From contig CP066682.1 of NCBI GenBank assembly GCA_016432285.1, positions 794,274-858,273 of the forward strand: DNA of 64,000 nt. The letters run 5' to 3'. Origin of the DNA: Candidatus Kaiserbacteria bacterium (GTDB lineage Bacteria > Patescibacteriota > Minisyncoccia > Phycocordibacterales > UBA2100). The position numbers and the translations under genes are program-made. The notes under the pieces are model-generated. The model saw nothing but the letters and a program-made list of their open reading frames with translations, did no database searches and was not told the origin of the DNA. Positions 32,345-41,739 of this stretch are shown here, piece after piece; position 1 is the first letter of the stretch; every line of letters starts with the position of its first letter.

Positions 32345-33396
32345 TGAGAACGTACGCGAGCGAGTTCGCTGCGTATTTCCGGTAGTGTCAGAAGGAGCTT
32401 CTTAAGCGCGGACCGTGAGAGTCTCGCGGTGTTCGCCGAGGTATATCCTTCCTCCGGAAGCCTGTGCTGAACGTGGCCTTTGTAGTGGTATTCGCGGTAA
32501 TCAATGTGCATGCTTTCCGGAACAATCGTAAAGTATTTTTTCTGATCAATCGTGCGAAGTTTCTCCTCTCGCGTGATAAGGGCTTCGTGTATTTTTTCTC
32601 CGGGACGAATACCGATCTCCTTGATCGCCCCGCGATATGAAAAAATGTCTTTGAGAACGGCTGCGACATCGGCGATCGTCGCCGCGGGCGCTTTGGTCAC
32701 ATAAATCTCACCGGGCTTGCCCTTTTCGAGTGCAAAAAGCACGAGATCGATAGAATCTTCGAGGCTCATCATAAAACGAGTCATGCCTCCGTGTGTCAAC
32801 GTAAGCGGCTTTCCTGCCTGCATCTGCTCTACAAAGAAAGGAATAACAGAGCCGCGCGTATACATAACGTTACCATAGCGAGTCCCGCACAGAATCGTCT
32901 CGCCATGTTGCTCGCGTGCTTCCGCGATCATCACGCGTTCCATAAGTGCCTTCGTCATACCCATGGCATTTATCGGCGCACACGCCTTATCGGTACTGAG
33001 GACGACGACACGCTCGACACGATGTTTTACAGCGCTTTCGATCACATTGTAGCTCCCCAGGATATTGGTGTAGACGGCCTGCATCGGAAAGAATTCGCAC
33101 GTGGGCACCTGCTTCAGTGCTGCCGCATGGAAGACATAGTTGACTCCTTCCATCGCATGATCAATAGACGCGCGATCCCGTACGTCTCCGACAACAAACT
33201 TCAAGCGGTCATCGTGGAAGGTGTTGCCCATGTCAAACTGCTTCTTTTCATCGCGGCTGAAGATGACGACACGCTTCACCCCGCTTCTGAGGAGGCGTGC
33301 GGTGACTGCATTCCCAAAGGAGCCGGTACCGCCCGTTATAAGAATAGTTTTCCCTTTGAAACGAGAGCTGGACCGGCCCCGGGTGGCAGTCTTCAT
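32341..33396 (-). CDS. fnlA: UDP-GlcNAc 4,6-dehydratase/epimerase (FnlA/CapE/WbjB family)
   Basis: GGTGSFG, FSRDEKKQ, AALKQVP.CEFFP, STDKA, RYGNV, GIRPGEKIHE. Confidence 0.88.
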   Translation of the reverse strand: MKTATRGRSSSRFKGKTILITGGTGSFGNAVTARLLRSGVKRVVIFSRDEKKQFDMGNTFHDDRLKFVVGDVRDRASIDHAMEGVNYVFHAAALKQVPTCEFFPMQAVYTNILGSYNVIESAVKHRVERVVVLSTDKACAPINAMGMTKALMERVMIAEAREQHGETILCGTRYGNVMYTRGSVIPFFVEQMQAGKPLTLTHGGMTRFMMSLEDSIDLVLFALEKGKPGEIYVTKAPAATIADVAAVLKDIFSYRGAIKEIGIRPGEKIHEALITREEKLRTIDQKKYFTIVPESMHIDYREYHYKGHVQHRLPEEGYTSANTARLSRSALKKLLLTLPEIRSELARVRSQ

Positions 33397-33412
33397 ATAC
33401 GTGCCAACCAAC

Positions 33413-34480
33413 CTATACCGTACGGACGCATTCGGCAAGTAGTGCAGCCTGTCTCTCCCATGTGAATGTATGCTCGACGGATTCGCGCGCTTTCCTGCAA
33501 AGACGCTCGCGGAGTGCTGAGTCCTTCAGCCGTACCATTACTTCAAGGAACTTTTCTTCATCATCTGGCGGATAAAGAAGGCCGCTCACATCATCTTCGA
33601 TAATCTTCGCACAATCGCCCGTTTCACTTGCAACGACAACGCGGCCCATGGCGAGATACTCGATCAGCTTCCCCGCTGTATTGAGGCTCGTTACCCGCGT
33701 CAGGGGCCGTGGTATTACGAGCATGTCGCAGGCCGCGAGAAACGCTGGCACTTCTTCGGGCGGAACCGACGGATATACTTCGATTTCAGGATTTTGTGTA
33801 AAACGCTTCCCCTCGCTTGAAAGAATAGCGAGTCGAAATTCCGGATGCAGTACCTTGAGCTTCTCGAATGACCTGATCAGGAATTCGATGCCCTGCCATT
33901 TGCGAAGATTCCCGGCGTACCCGATCACAAGCCCACCGCGCGGGACATACGAAGCTGGTGCCACATCTGGGCGAAACACATGCATATCGGCACCACCGAA
34001 GATAGTCACGACGTTCTTGTTATACTTCCGCAACTCTTGAGATGCCGCTTCACCGGAAGCGGTTATGAGATCGCACAGGGCGTAGAGGCGGTGCGCAAGT
34101 GCCCGATAGGCCCTGTACCTGAGCGATCCATAGCTGCCGTATTCGAGTCCTTCTTCTTCGAGAAAACCGTGCATTTCGAGAACAACCTTCGCGCGCGTGA
34201 ATAGTCTAGCCAGTAAGAGATACGGCCACGTCGCTACAGTGTGCCCGAGGATCACGTCGGTCTTATTTTTTCGCATGAAGCGCACGAGGGCTATGCCTTC
34301 TTTGAGATGCTTATTGAAAAGCCGGACGTGCGATGCAGGAAGCGGCAACTCTTCGTCCCACGAAAAAATGGTGAGCTCGATCGCTTCTGTACGCGCAAGA
34401 CCTGAGAGGAGGTGGGAAACCCGAATCGGCGTCCCGCGACGATCGCTGAGCTTCCCCCGATAGAACGCCACGATTTTCAT
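33413..34480 (-). CDS. GT4 glycosyltransferase
   Basis: KLIEYLAMG motif and GT-B architecture. Confidence 0.9.
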   Translation of the reverse strand: MKIVAFYRGKLSDRRGTPIRVSHLLSGLARTEAIELTIFSWDEELPLPASHVRLFNKHLKEGIALVRFMRKNKTDVILGHTVATWPYLLLARLFTRAKVVLEMHGFLEEEGLEYGSYGSLRYRAYRALAHRLYALCDLITASGEAASQELRKYNKNVVTIFGGADMHVFRPDVAPASYVPRGGLVIGYAGNLRKWQGIEFLIRSFEKLKVLHPEFRLAILSSEGKRFTQNPEIEVYPSVPPEEVPAFLAACDMLVIPRPLTRVTSLNTAGKLIEYLAMGRVVVASETGDCAKIIEDDVSGLLYPPDDEEKFLEVMVRLKDSALRERLCRKARESVEHTFTWERQAALLAECVRTV

Positions 34481-35568
34481 ACAGTGCCGTAGTGCTCCCG
34501 GGCTATTTTTGCGAGCCTATCCGCAAGATGTCGCGAGAATGCGTCCATTCTCAGGTGATCTTTGTACGCGCTTCTCGCCTTCCTTTGCATATCTGCAAAT
34601 TTCTCTGGAGTCAGCGAGCGATGAAAATCGAGAAGGATACGGTCTAAATTTTGTAGATCTGTGTGATCTACGACCACGCAGAAAGCGCGGTAGTCAATTA
34701 CATCTTCGAGCGGCATCACGCGTGCAGTATCTATAAAAAGCGGAACGCGACCGAGGCTTATCGCTTCATAGAAGCGCGTGGACGCATTTGCGTCTCCGCG
34801 TATGTCGAGCGCATAATCCGAGGACGCAAGATTTTCCACGAATTCCCGCCGCAGCGTTTCTGGATCCTTCTCCATGGTTACCGTGCTTCCGGAATACGAG
34901 CCACGGGAAATAATGTTCGCTTTCACCAGCCTTGAGCGACGCAACACTTGTACCGCCTTCTGGCGGAGAAAGACTCCCTTCGTGTAAGCGCCGTATCGAC
35001 GATCGAAAAGCGTCGCAATCGAATACGGCAGTTTCCGAATACCCGTCCGCAGCCGCTGATAGGTCGACATCTCACTCCACCCCGCAAACCCAACACTTGG
35101 AATCGGCTCCCACGATCGCAATTCAAGCGCATTCTTATAATATCGGGCAAGGAGATCCTCGCAAAAAACCGGCATCGCTATCTCGTTCTCGCGAACATCA
35201 AAGCGATACTGTCCGATACGGAGAATGTACGCATCCTTTTCATGGACAGTACGCTCCAGATCTCCCGCTGCGTCTATAAGGAGCAATTTTTTGGCCGCAT
35301 GCGCCTCTCCAATAAGAGAGCGGAGCACGGACTCGTGCTTTTCCTTGAGATGCCAATAATTGTGCGGAGGGAGTACGAAATCAGCGTCGGCTATTTTTTC
35401 AACCATCTCGAATTGGGAGGTGTCGACGGACTGGCTTTTGTACATTGCCTCGACAAAGGGTTCCAGCTTTCGCTGAGGCATTCCCCAGAACGAATACAAA
35501 AAAGGAATATAGCGAATATCGCCCTGCACGAGTGATTTGTTGACGTAGAGCCGTACGGGCTTTGGCAT
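34477..35568 (-). CDS. Exostosin-family (GT47-like) protein
   Basis: S.YALDIRG...STRFYEAISLGRVPL. Confidence 0.75.
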   Translation of the reverse strand: MPKPVRLYVNKSLVQGDIRYIPFLYSFWGMPQRKLEPFVEAMYKSQSVDTSQFEMVEKIADADFVLPPHNYWHLKEKHESVLRSLIGEAHAAKKLLLIDAAGDLERTVHEKDAYILRIGQYRFDVRENEIAMPVFCEDLLARYYKNALELRSWEPIPSVGFAGWSEMSTYQRLRTGIRKLPYSIATLFDRRYGAYTKGVFLRQKAVQVLRRSRLVKANIISRGSYSGSTVTMEKDPETLRREFVENLASSDYALDIRGDANASTRFYEAISLGRVPLFIDTARVMPLEDVIDYRAFCVVVDHTDLQNLDRILLDFHRSLTPEKFADMQRKARSAYKDHLRMDAFSRHLADRLAKIAREHYGTV

Positions 35569-35572
35569 ATTA

Positions 35573-36595
35573 TTACCTTAGAATCTCTGCAAGCTTCGCG
35601 GAAAGAAGTACGAGCGAGTGGGTGTCAACGACGAAAGATCGCTGACGTTTCGAAAGCGCTTCTTTTTCCTCAGCCGAGAGATTGAGGGCGACTTTGAGGG
35701 CGCTTGCGACGGGCTGCGCCTCCGGGCGCTCCACGAAAAGTGCGGCAGGAAGCACGCTTCGCACCGCATCGTTGTAAGCGACCACCGTGCATCCGGCGGC
35801 CATCGCCTCGCCGATGGTCTTATCGAAGCTTCCGGAGGGAGTCAGGTTGACGTAGATCTCGTGCGAAGCAAAAAGCTCGGCTGCCTTTTCGTTGGTAACC
35901 CCGGCGTGGACGGAAAGCAAACCTGCGAGGGAGGCGGCTGCCGTGCGGATCTCGCGGACGTACTGCGAATCGGGCACTGTCGGGTCGCCGTAAAGTGAGG
36001 CGTGGAGCTGCACCTTTTGTTCCGCAAGTATGCGAAGCGCCTGCACGAACACATCCGCGTTTTTCACTTGATCCAGCCGCCCCAAAAAAAGCACCGACCG
36101 GGCTGACTTTTCCCCGCGCGGCGCAAAACGCTCCGTATCGATCCCGATCGGCATGCGGCGAGATCGCGGAAAGTGCGCCACATACGCGGCGGGCGACGTG
36201 AAGCATACGACATGGGCAAGCGCTCCCGCGATCCGCGTGAGAAGGCTCCCCATGCGGTGATTGCGCCAGAGCACTACACGCTTCCCCCACAAAAGCCACA
36301 GCAGGCTCCCGAGGAGCACGTACTCCTGATTCATATGCACGAACACTGCGTCGTACTCATTCCGCAACGTCCAGATATATCGGTAAAAGGCAAGCACGTA
36401 CTCGATCCTCGAAACGCCGCGCTCTTTGCCGAGCGAATGCACTGCCACGTTGACAGGTAGTTGGTGCCTCCCCTCTCCGAGACAGATCACGTTGACCTTC
36501 TCGTACTTTTTGGAAAACTCCTCGATCCAGCGATGAAAAAAGCCGAGAACCGGATCGTCCCGGTCCACGGCCTGCGTCAGGATGAGAAGTCGCAT
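35573..36595 (-). CDS. GT4 glycosyltransferase
   Basis: GSFDKTIGEAMAAG. Confidence 0.9.
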   Translation of the reverse strand: MRLLILTQAVDRDDPVLGFFHRWIEEFSKKYEKVNVICLGEGRHQLPVNVAVHSLGKERGVSRIEYVLAFYRYIWTLRNEYDAVFVHMNQEYVLLGSLLWLLWGKRVVLWRNHRMGSLLTRIAGALAHVVCFTSPAAYVAHFPRSRRMPIGIDTERFAPRGEKSARSVLFLGRLDQVKNADVFVQALRILAEQKVQLHASLYGDPTVPDSQYVREIRTAAASLAGLLSVHAGVTNEKAAELFASHEIYVNLTPSGSFDKTIGEAMAAGCTVVAYNDAVRSVLPAALFVERPEAQPVASALKVALNLSAEEKEALSKRQRSFVVDTHSLVLLSAKLAEILR

Positions 36596-36604
36596 TGTCG
36601 CAGT

Positions 36605-37495
36605 TTAGCGTCTTTTCCTGCCCTTCGCTTTTCCCGATCGTGCGACCGCGGGACCGTACACGCCCTCCAAGAGATCGAGGTCCTTCTTCGTGCCTGTGAG
36701 GAGATCAACGTTCATCGCCTCCATGGCTTCGAGCACCCGATGTGCGTACTTTTGTTGCGGCAGATGCTTTTTGACGTGCGAGCGGAGCGCTGCCATGTCT
36801 TTAATAAAGCAGCCGCCGCCCGCGCCACGTCCGCTCTTGTGCACCGGATTGGAGTATCGATTCGAAATCAGGGGGTCCGCCTGGATCGCTTTATTGACGA
36901 CATCCCAGCTCGCGCCGAGCTTTTCCGCGAGATCGTACATAACATTAAAAAGGATCACCTGCGCGTAGCCGCTCGCGTTGTGGGAGTACTTAAAGATTTC
37001 CGCTTCGACGCTCTTGCAGATCATGGAAAACGGCGCCTTCGGCAGAATTTTCATGACGCGCTCCGCGGCGCTGTAGTGTTTGGCGTCCGTGACGGGCATG
37101 CCGACGAGATTCGCAAAGGGGTGCGCGGCGTCGTGCACGTGCGAGACGATGGAGAGGAACTCAGGATTGAAAAGGAGCGTGATCTGCGGAAACTGCTTCT
37201 GGAGCTTTTCGGTCGTGCCCGGGAGGACGGTCGATTTGATCACCGCAACCTTCCCCGCCCCCACGAGCGGCAGAACGCTCTCGACGACCGAGATGTCGAA
37301 GCCCTTCGGCGTCGTCGGCGTCCACACGGCGATGAAGACGATATCGCACTCTTTGATTTTGTCTTTATTTTTCAACCACGGCTTTTCAAGCGAGTAGCGC
37401 ACGACTTCGTAGCCGCGCTCTTCAAAATTGTCGGAATACGCCTTTCCGATCCATCCCTGCCCAATAAATCCGATGAGCGGCTTTCCTTGTGCCAT
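36605..37495 (-). CDS. Short UDP-glucose/GDP-mannose dehydrogenase-family protein
   Basis: GQGWIG, IKSTVLPGT, FNPEFL and GGGCFIKD; lacks the C-terminal UDP-binding domain. Confidence 0.85.
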   Translation of the reverse strand: MAQGKPLIGFIGQGWIGKAYSDNFEERGYEVVRYSLEKPWLKNKDKIKECDIVFIAVWTPTTPKGFDISVVESVLPLVGAGKVAVIKSTVLPGTTEKLQKQFPQITLLFNPEFLSIVSHVHDAAHPFANLVGMPVTDAKHYSAAERVMKILPKAPFSMICKSVEAEIFKYSHNASGYAQVILFNVMYDLAEKLGASWDVVNKAIQADPLISNRYSNPVHKSGRGAGGGCFIKDMAALRSHVKKHLPQQKYAHRVLEAMEAMNVDLLTGTKKDLDLLEGVYGPAVARSGKAKGRKRR

Positions 37496-37531
37496 GGTGA
37501 GCGCGATTGTACCTCGCCTCGGATATTTCGG

Positions 37532-38683
37532 CTAGCCGCGCACTTCCACGCTTTTTTCAATGTCGTCGCAGTACGCCCGCACGTACTCCTCAAAATTGCG
37601 GTACGGATAATCCTGCAAGATGGCGGTACGCGGCCCCTCGCTCACCCACGCTGCGAGCGCCTCTGCGAAACCATCTTCGGAGGCGACGATCGCTCCCGCT
37701 TCTCGCGCGACGCCGACGTTGGTCGCGAGCACCGGCTTCCCCGCAGCAAGCGCCTCGACGATCACGAGTCCGTATCCTTCGTATCTAGAAGGAAGGAGCA
37801 CAAGATCCGCAAGTGCGTAGTACGGGGCGGGATCGCGCGTACCTTCGAAAAAGACGCGCTCATCGATCCGCAGCTGTTTTGCCGCGCCCTTCAGCATTAC
37901 CAACTCCGTCCCGTCGCCCACAATGATGAGACAACTCTCTTGGGGGGCGCTCGCCGCGAAGGCCCGAAGCGCGAGCGCGACATTCTTCTCCCTCTCCAGC
38001 CGCGAGACGACGAGAAATCGGAACGAGAATCGTTCGAACCTTTTTTTCAAAGCTTCGTCCGGCCGCGCTTCCGAAAAGCGCGCGGTATCGACGAAGATCG
38101 GGAGAGTAGTGATCGGCACTTCGAGCGAGAATTTTTCCTCGATGGAGTGCGCGATGCGGTCTGAGACGGCGCGTATGCGCGCGGCGCGCATCAACACAAA
38201 GCCCGCGAGAAACACGCGGATCCGGTTGAGGAGGCTGAGATTCCAGTATTCGCGCGAAAGAAAGTCGGTGTGCACCTGCACGTGGAGCGGTGCGCGCTTT
38301 TTGCGCGCAATCAACCACGCAGCCACGCCCGTCTCAAACGGGTCCTGCGACGTTACGACATCGATCGCCGAGACCTTTTTTCCGATTCGCAGCGCGTCAA
38401 AGACGCGAAGAAAGCGCAGGCGCGAATTCGTCGGATGGAGGTGCACGCGCCCCTCGACTACTTCGGGCGTGTACCCCGGACCGCAGAGCACCACAATGTG
38501 CACCTCGCGGAAGCTTTTCGTGTACGCGAGAATGCGGGCCCGCACGGATGATGCGTGCTCGAATACGGCCGTCTCTGTGCCTACAACGAGGAGGTTTTGT
38601 GGGGTACTATGCGGCGAATGATGCGCACGCTGCTCCGGCTCGCCACGGCCCTCGGTGCTCCCGGATTGCTGCGGTTTTTCCAT
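37532..38683 (-). CDS. GT4 glycosyltransferase
   Basis: QDPFETG and EGYGLVIVEALAAG; start codon uncertain. Confidence 0.9.
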   Translation of the reverse strand: MEKPQQSGSTEGRGEPEQRAHHSPHSTPQNLLVVGTETAVFEHASSVRARILAYTKSFREVHIVVLCGPGYTPEVVEGRVHLHPTNSRLRFLRVFDALRIGKKVSAIDVVTSQDPFETGVAAWLIARKKRAPLHVQVHTDFLSREYWNLSLLNRIRVFLAGFVLMRAARIRAVSDRIAHSIEEKFSLEVPITTLPIFVDTARFSEARPDEALKKRFERFSFRFLVVSRLEREKNVALALRAFAASAPQESCLIIVGDGTELVMLKGAAKQLRIDERVFFEGTRDPAPYYALADLVLLPSRYEGYGLVIVEALAAGKPVLATNVGVAREAGAIVASEDGFAEALAAWVSEGPRTAILQDYPYRNFEEYVRAYCDDIEKSVEVRG

Positions 38684-39592
38684 AGAAACTCGCTGACGAT
38701 CCTACTCTATCACGGGGTGGCACCGCGCGAGAGACGCGGCATCTACAATTATCGCGGCAAATTCATCGCGCCCGAGGCATTTCGCGAGCAGATGCGATAT
38801 GTCGCGAAGCACTACTCGGTGCTGGAGCTTGATGACGCCATGAAGCGGCTCCGATCCGGCACGCTCCCCGCATATTCGATCGCGATCACCTTCGACGACG
38901 GCTACCGGAATTTCTATGAGCACGCGTATCCGATTCTGCGGGAGCTACACATTCCAGCCACTATGTTCCTCGCGACCGATTTCGTGCTGCGCAAAAAACC
39001 GCTCTGGGTCGACCGGCTCGAGTATGCGCTCGGGAAAGGATCAGGCTCGACCGAAGAAAAAATCGCCCGCGACACACGCACGCGACAGGAGTTGAAGGAG
39101 CTCCCCGACGCCGAGCGCGAAGCGCAGTTGGCATCCCTCGAGCGACAAGCGAGTGTTTCGTTTACCGACTTCGAGGGCGAGCGGGTCGTGTACGCGCCGC
39201 TTTCTCCGGAGGAGATTCGCGAGATGCGCTCTCACGGCATTTCCTTCGGCGCACACACGAAAAGCCATCCGATTCTCTCTCGCATCGAGAGATCGCGCCT
39301 CGATGAAGAAATAGCAGGATCCCGCGACGAGCTACAGCGCCTCTGCGGCACCTCATCCGTCTTTGCCTACCCCAATGGGCAGCGGGAGGACTGGAATGAC
39401 GACGTCGAGGCCGCGATCCGGAAGGCCGGGTTTTCGGCCGCGCTCACCACGATCGAGGGGTGCAACACTACGAAGACGCCGCTCCAGCGGTTGCGGCGCA
39501 TCGCCATGGACGGCACCGGCCTCGATCCTTCGTTTGCGGCAATAGCGGCAGGCATGAGAGGATACCTTCGCACACTGCGATCCTATGTCTGA
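38609..39592 (+). CDS. Polysaccharide deacetylase (CE4)
   Basis: LYHGV, TFDDGY, HTKSHPIL, FAYPNG. Confidence 0.92.
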   Translation: MRRMMRTLLRLATALGAPGLLRFFHRNSLTILLYHGVAPRERRGIYNYRGKFIAPEAFREQMRYVAKHYSVLELDDAMKRLRSGTLPAYSIAITFDDGYRNFYEHAYPILRELHIPATMFLATDFVLRKKPLWVDRLEYALGKGSGSTEEKIARDTRTRQELKELPDAEREAQLASLERQASVSFTDFEGERVVYAPLSPEEIREMRSHGISFGAHTKSHPILSRIERSRLDEEIAGSRDELQRLCGTSSVFAYPNGQREDWNDDVEAAIRKAGFSAALTTIEGCNTTKTPLQRLRRIAMDGTGLDPSFAAIAAGMRGYLRTLRSYV

Positions 39593-40355
39593 TTCCCTGC
39601 TACGGCCCGAGGTCTCGTATTTCGACAAAAAGAGCGCCGACTACCGCGCCGAGTACGACCGCACGACTCCGGAGGGCTACTCCTTCCGCGTGCGACGGGG
39701 GAAGGTGCTCGAGCTGACACCTCGGGGCACGAACGTCGTCGACATCGCCTCCGGCCCCGGCATCATGATCTCGGGATTGCGCGCGAAAGGCTGCACCGTC
39801 ACCTGCGTCGACGCGGCGCCGGAGATGATCGCGCGTACCAAGGAAGAGCACGGGAGCGAGCCCGGCGTCCGCGCGCTCGTGGGAGACGCCTACTCACTTC
39901 CGCTCGGAAGCGGCGAGTTCGATGTCGCACTTTCTATGGGTTTGATCGAGTACCTGGAGCGAGAGCGGGATTTCTTGCAAGAGGCGCGCCGCGTACTGAA
40001 GCAGGGTGGCACTCTCATCATCACCTTCCCCAATTACGCGAGTCCGTGGCGCGCGCTCAACAGAGTCGGACTCTTTCTCGTGCGCGCACTGCGAGCGGTC
40101 CTCGGCCGACAAAAAATCGGCCCCGTTACGCACCGCGAATACACGCGAGAGCGCGCGTACGAGCTTTTGCGGAAAAATGGATTCGCACCGGAGCAGGCGC
40201 GCTACTACAACTTCAAACTCGTTCCCTACCCCTTCGACGTGTGGTTCCCCCGAATCACTGTCGCGCAATCACGCATCCTCGAGCCGCTCGATCGGACATT
40301 TCTCCGGTGGCTCGGAACCGGTTTTATCGTAGAGGCCCGGAAGACGACTCCGTAA
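39585..40355 (+). CDS. Class I SAM methyltransferase
   Basis: VDIASGPG and RVLKQGG. Confidence 0.88.
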   Translation: MSDSLLRPEVSYFDKKSADYRAEYDRTTPEGYSFRVRRGKVLELTPRGTNVVDIASGPGIMISGLRAKGCTVTCVDAAPEMIARTKEEHGSEPGVRALVGDAYSLPLGSGEFDVALSMGLIEYLERERDFLQEARRVLKQGGTLIITFPNYASPWRALNRVGLFLVRALRAVLGRQKIGPVTHREYTRERAYELLRKNGFAPEQARYYNFKLVPYPFDVWFPRITVAQSRILEPLDRTFLRWLGTGFIVEARKTTP

Positions 40356-41340
40356 GGAGCCGCAAAAATTCGGACGCGATGTCCTTGTACGTGCGTGTCT
40401 CCTTCACAGCAAGAATACGGTCGGCGTATTTTCGGTACGTATCCGGATCCACAAGCGCCTCGATACCGCGCTGCATATCTCTCTCATCCAATGGATCCAC
40501 GATCACGCCAAGATCTCCGAAACGCTGCGCATATCCGGAATGCTTCGTGAGCAGAAATGGCTTCCCGGCCCGAATCGCGTCGATGACGGTATTCGGAGAG
40601 ACCTCGGAGATCGAGGGCACGGCGACCGCATACGACGCTCTGATCTTTGCCTGTAAATTTTCCTGCGCGATCTTACCGCACTCGAGCTCGATGTCGGGAA
40701 AATTCTTCCGGGCCGCTTCGAATGCCCGCGTGAAGGCCTCGACATTCTTGAGCTTGATGGCGCGTCCGTAGAGGAGAAAATTCTTTTTGAGGGGAGCGGC
40801 TGATTCCGTGCGTGGCGGAAGTGCATTTTCGATCACGCGCACGTTCGACGCCTCGAGTCCGTATTCCTGCTGCCACAGATTCGCGATCCATTGTGTCGAG
40901 AACGCCACGCGCACATGGCCGAGCACGAAAGAAGCGATGGTTTTCAGGAATCGGTCGGAGGTCCGCCACCGATCCTTATGCGCATAAAAAGCCGGAAGGG
41001 GCACCAGATCCCCCGTTTGCTCCACGTAGCGCTCCCACAAAAAATCTCCTCCGACGCGCGCGACGACCGGCATGCGGCGCACGAAAGAGACGATCACCGA
41101 GGGGAGGCCGACCGTGATCACATCGAACGCAATAATGCCGTCGACGCCGCGCGTCGCCCGGAAAAGCGCGATCGTGTAGAGAAGATGCCGGAGTCCCGTC
41201 GGCACCGAAAGGTAGCGGCTGAAGGCGACCACGCGCACCTCGTGCCCGCCCTGCTCGAGTGCATCGCGAAGCGCCGCCGCATACGGCGCAGGGCCACCAA
41301 CTTCTGGAGGAAAGATGTTCGCCGCGAGGCAGATCTTCAT
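40324..41340 (-). CDS. GT4 glycosyltransferase
   Basis: FPPEVGGPA, GGDFLWE, PSISEVSPN. Confidence 0.88.
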   Translation of the reverse strand: MKICLAANIFPPEVGGPAPYAAALRDALEQGGHEVRVVAFSRYLSVPTGLRHLLYTIALFRATRGVDGIIAFDVITVGLPSVIVSFVRRMPVVARVGGDFLWERYVEQTGDLVPLPAFYAHKDRWRTSDRFLKTIASFVLGHVRVAFSTQWIANLWQQEYGLEASNVRVIENALPPRTESAAPLKKNFLLYGRAIKLKNVEAFTRAFEAARKNFPDIELECGKIAQENLQAKIRASYAVAVPSISEVSPNTVIDAIRAGKPFLLTKHSGYAQRFGDLGVIVDPLDERDMQRGIEALVDPDTYRKYADRILAVKETRTYKDIASEFLRLLTESSSGPLR

Positions 41341-41421
41341 CTCGAAACTGTATCTCAAATGTGAATACGGCGCGACCGCATAGTGAGACGGGGCGCGAGG
41401 TGCGCCCCAGTCCACCGATAA

Positions 41422-41589
41422 TCACGTACGATTACGTGATGGCTTCTCCTCGGCAACCGGGCCGAAAAAAAGCAGCGGCAGAAAGAATCCGCGATAGAGT
41501 GGGCCGTGACGGACCATGGCCTCGCGAACTTCCTGTCGGTAGGTCGGTTGCGACGTCGACTTCTCGGCGTCGGTGGTTTCCGGGTTCAT
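41422..41589 (-). CDS. Small hypothetical protein (55 aa, MNPETTDAEK...)
   Basis: Strong SD AAGGAGG just upstream of the ATG; translated manually. Confidence 0.55.
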   Translation of the reverse strand: MNPETTDAEKSTSQPTYRQEVREAMVRHGPLYRGFFLPLLFFGPVAEEKPSRNRT

Positions 41590-41739
41590 ACGACCTCCTT
41601 TTGGTCACGCTCCCCGCTCTAAGCAAACACCCCCGTGGCGAAAGCTCCTAATGAGTTATCCACTCGATTCGTCCTCATGTTTTCGGACTCACTCGTGGCA
41701 AGCCCCGACGAATCGAGTGTCCCGAGCAGCGCCGAGGGA

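Noticed and set aside
36461-38164. 567-aa plus-strand ORF
   Set aside because: Antisense shadow of the dehydrogenase and GT4 genes, with no protein motifs
41600-41720. Guanidine-II or hammerhead motif
   Set aside because: The ACG-containing loops lack strong tandem stems and there is no CUGAUGA core
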